Shown here piece by piece: positions 7,812-8,644 of a stretch of DNA of 8,644 nucleotides (position 1 is the stretch's first letter; every line of letters starts with the position of its first letter). Source of the DNA: a virus. Lineage: Duplodnaviria; Heunggongvirae; Uroviricota; Caudoviricetes. The notes below the pieces were generated by a model, which saw only the letters and a program-made list of their open reading frames with translations, searched no databases and had not been told where the DNA came from. The translations under genes and the position numbers were made by a program. The stretch lies in the IMG/VR virus record IMGVR_UViG_2734482535_000008. The stretch is one strand, 5' to 3'.

Positions 7812-8026
7812 TATTCACCTCTCGCAGCCTTACGCTTGTCTTCTCTTATTTTGAAATACAGATTTGTCAGATAAGTCAGAAGCCCCAGAAGCAGACTTCC
7901 CAGCACACCAATCGCAGCCCACTGTGATGGACTGACCTGATCCAACCACTGCAAAAACCAGTAGCCGGCACTGCCGGCGGAGGTGCCGTAGGCAATGCCT
8001 GTTGATATTTTTTCCATCTGATACAT
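7811..8026 (-). CDS. S: Class II pinholin (phage 21 S21-type) with dual-start motif M1-Y-Q-M4
   Basis: [71 protein letters not shown] closely matches S21 68/71: two transmembrane domains and a charged C-terminus. Two in-frame ATGs three codons apart, at 8026 and 8017. Confidence 0.92.
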   Translation of the reverse strand: MYQMEKISTGIAYGTSAGSAGYWFLQWLDQVSPSQWAAIGVLGSLLLGLLTYLTNLYFKIREDKRKAARGE

Positions 8027-8056
8027 ATCCCGCCCCCCGACAGACCTGTGCTATCG

Positions 8057-8093
8057 GAAAGAAAAAAGGCCATCAGCAAAACTCTGATGGCCT
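8057..8093 (-). terminator. Rho-independent terminator on the minus strand, about 30 nt upstream of the holin start (tR'-like late-leader terminator)
   Basis: Perfect 9-bp inverted repeat GGCCATCAG (8068-8076) / CTGATGGCC (8084-8092) with a 7-nt loop. On the minus strand it is followed by TTTTTTCTTTC (complement of 8067-8057). Confidence 0.7.
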
Positions 8094-8137
8094 GAATCAC
8101 CTTTACCAATATTGTATGAAAAAACACGCACGACTAA

Positions 8138-8166
8138 TTGACAATAATTTTCATTTCCATTAAAAA
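8138..8166 (+). promoter_or_regulatory. Candidate sigma70 promoter on the plus strand (TTGACA-N17-TAAAAA)
   Basis: Consensus -35 TTGACA at 8138-8143, 17-bp AT-rich spacer, then TAAAAA (4/6 match to TATAAT). Sequence-only prediction. Confidence 0.25.
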
Positions 8167-8201
8167 AGATCGCGTAGCATTCTTAATTCATGAGGAACTT
8201 T

Positions 8202-8268
8202 ACCCGCCAGCAATCTGAGTAGCGAAAGCTGTTCATCCCCAATGTTTTTGCTGGCGGGTCCTTTTTTC
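8202..8268 (+). terminator. Long-stem hairpin plus T-tract, terminator-like on the plus strand (possible 3' end of a small antisense RNA)
   Basis: Perfect 12-bp inverted repeat ACCCGCCAGCAA (8202-8213) / TTGCTGGCGGGT (8248-8259) around a 34-nt spacer, followed by CCTTTTTTC (T-run 8262-8267). The minus-strand orientation has no U-tract after the stem. Confidence 0.4.
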
Positions 8269-8570
8269 TACGGTCCTCCTCCCCGGAGGGGGGCATTTCA
8301 TTATTTTTCTAATCGTTACTGGTGAGAAGGCGGAAGAAAAAGCCAGTTCTTCGCCCCTAAATAACAGCATGATTCCAGTCCATGCAAAATCTGATTTCCA
8401 GCTCACACATACCGAGCGCTGTACAAAAAACCGCCAGCCAAGGCAGTTAAGAGTGTGTTCCCGGGGTTTGCTTAGAATATTTTGTAAGTTGTCCGAAGAG
8501 ATATTTACAACACCAGAATGATGCATTATCAGTCCCCTGCCAGAGGTTCACTACGTAACCTGACCGACAA

Positions 8571-8644
8571 TGAAGTGGCACACTGAATTTGGCCACCTGA
8601 ACAGAGGTGATATGCTCACCTCAGAACAACACAGGTGCTCCAAT
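8571..8644 (+). mobile_element. IS911 (IS3 family) left end, 74 bp; element continues beyond the window end, with the orfA ATG beginning at 8642
   Basis: 8571-8644 reads TGAAGTGGCACACTGAATTTGGCCACCTGAACAGAGGTGATATGCTCACCTCAGAACAACACAGGTGCTCCAAT, which I recognise as the IS911 left inverted repeat and orfA leader. It has the IS3-family terminal TGA. Recognised from memory. Confidence 0.82.

Noticed and set aside
7876-8127. 83-aa minus-strand ORF
   Set aside because: Overlaps the pinholin gene in another frame and runs through the tR'-like terminator hairpin; a reading-frame artefact.
8233-8526. 97-aa minus-strand ORF in the late leader (candidate remnant of a Q-like gene)
   Set aside because: No recognisable Shine-Dalgarno, an atypical Cys/Trp/His-rich composition, and it spans the GC-rich palindromic region. 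Not similar to any antiterminator I can recall. Kept only as a possibility in the leader finding.
8027-8570. tRNA genes or CRISPR repeats upstream of the lysis cassette (tRNAs occur there in some Stx-type lambdoid phages)
   Set aside because: No GTTCGAATCC-like T-loop or cloverleaf-compatible stems, and no direct repeats with regular spacing, found by eye.

Overview
This window is an IS-bounded fragment of a defective prophage late region, most likely from an IS-rich Escherichia/Shigella-type genome. Positions 1-83 are the terminal 83 bp of IS1 and positions 8571-8644 are the left end of IS911, both recognised from memory and running off the window. Between them, every phage gene is on the minus strand. 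Reading 5'->3' on that strand: a tR'-like intrinsic terminator (8093-8057), a phage-21-type lysis cassette (pinholin 8026-7811, SAR endolysin 7811-7314, Rz 7317-6847 with embedded Rz1 7097-6891), then terminase small (6051-5287) and large (about 5363-3933) subunits, a portal gene (3933-2467) broken by two in-frame TAG codons, a Mu-F-like head morphogenesis gene (2615-1833), a 406-aa scaffold/protease-like gene (1829-609) and a 168-aa head-module gene (605-99) that is followed 15 bp later by IS1. The only plus-strand gene is an AT-rich 169-aa multi-pass membrane protein (6249-6758) with DedA/VTT-like motifs, sitting antisense between the lysis cassette and terS. This cargo gene is the best candidate for something undescribed here. 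The 545-bp non-coding stretch upstream of the holin holds a plus-strand promoter-like site plus hairpin/T-run unit, and no Q-like gene before IS911 cuts it off. All family assignments come from reading the translations and recalled motifs; no database search was run.
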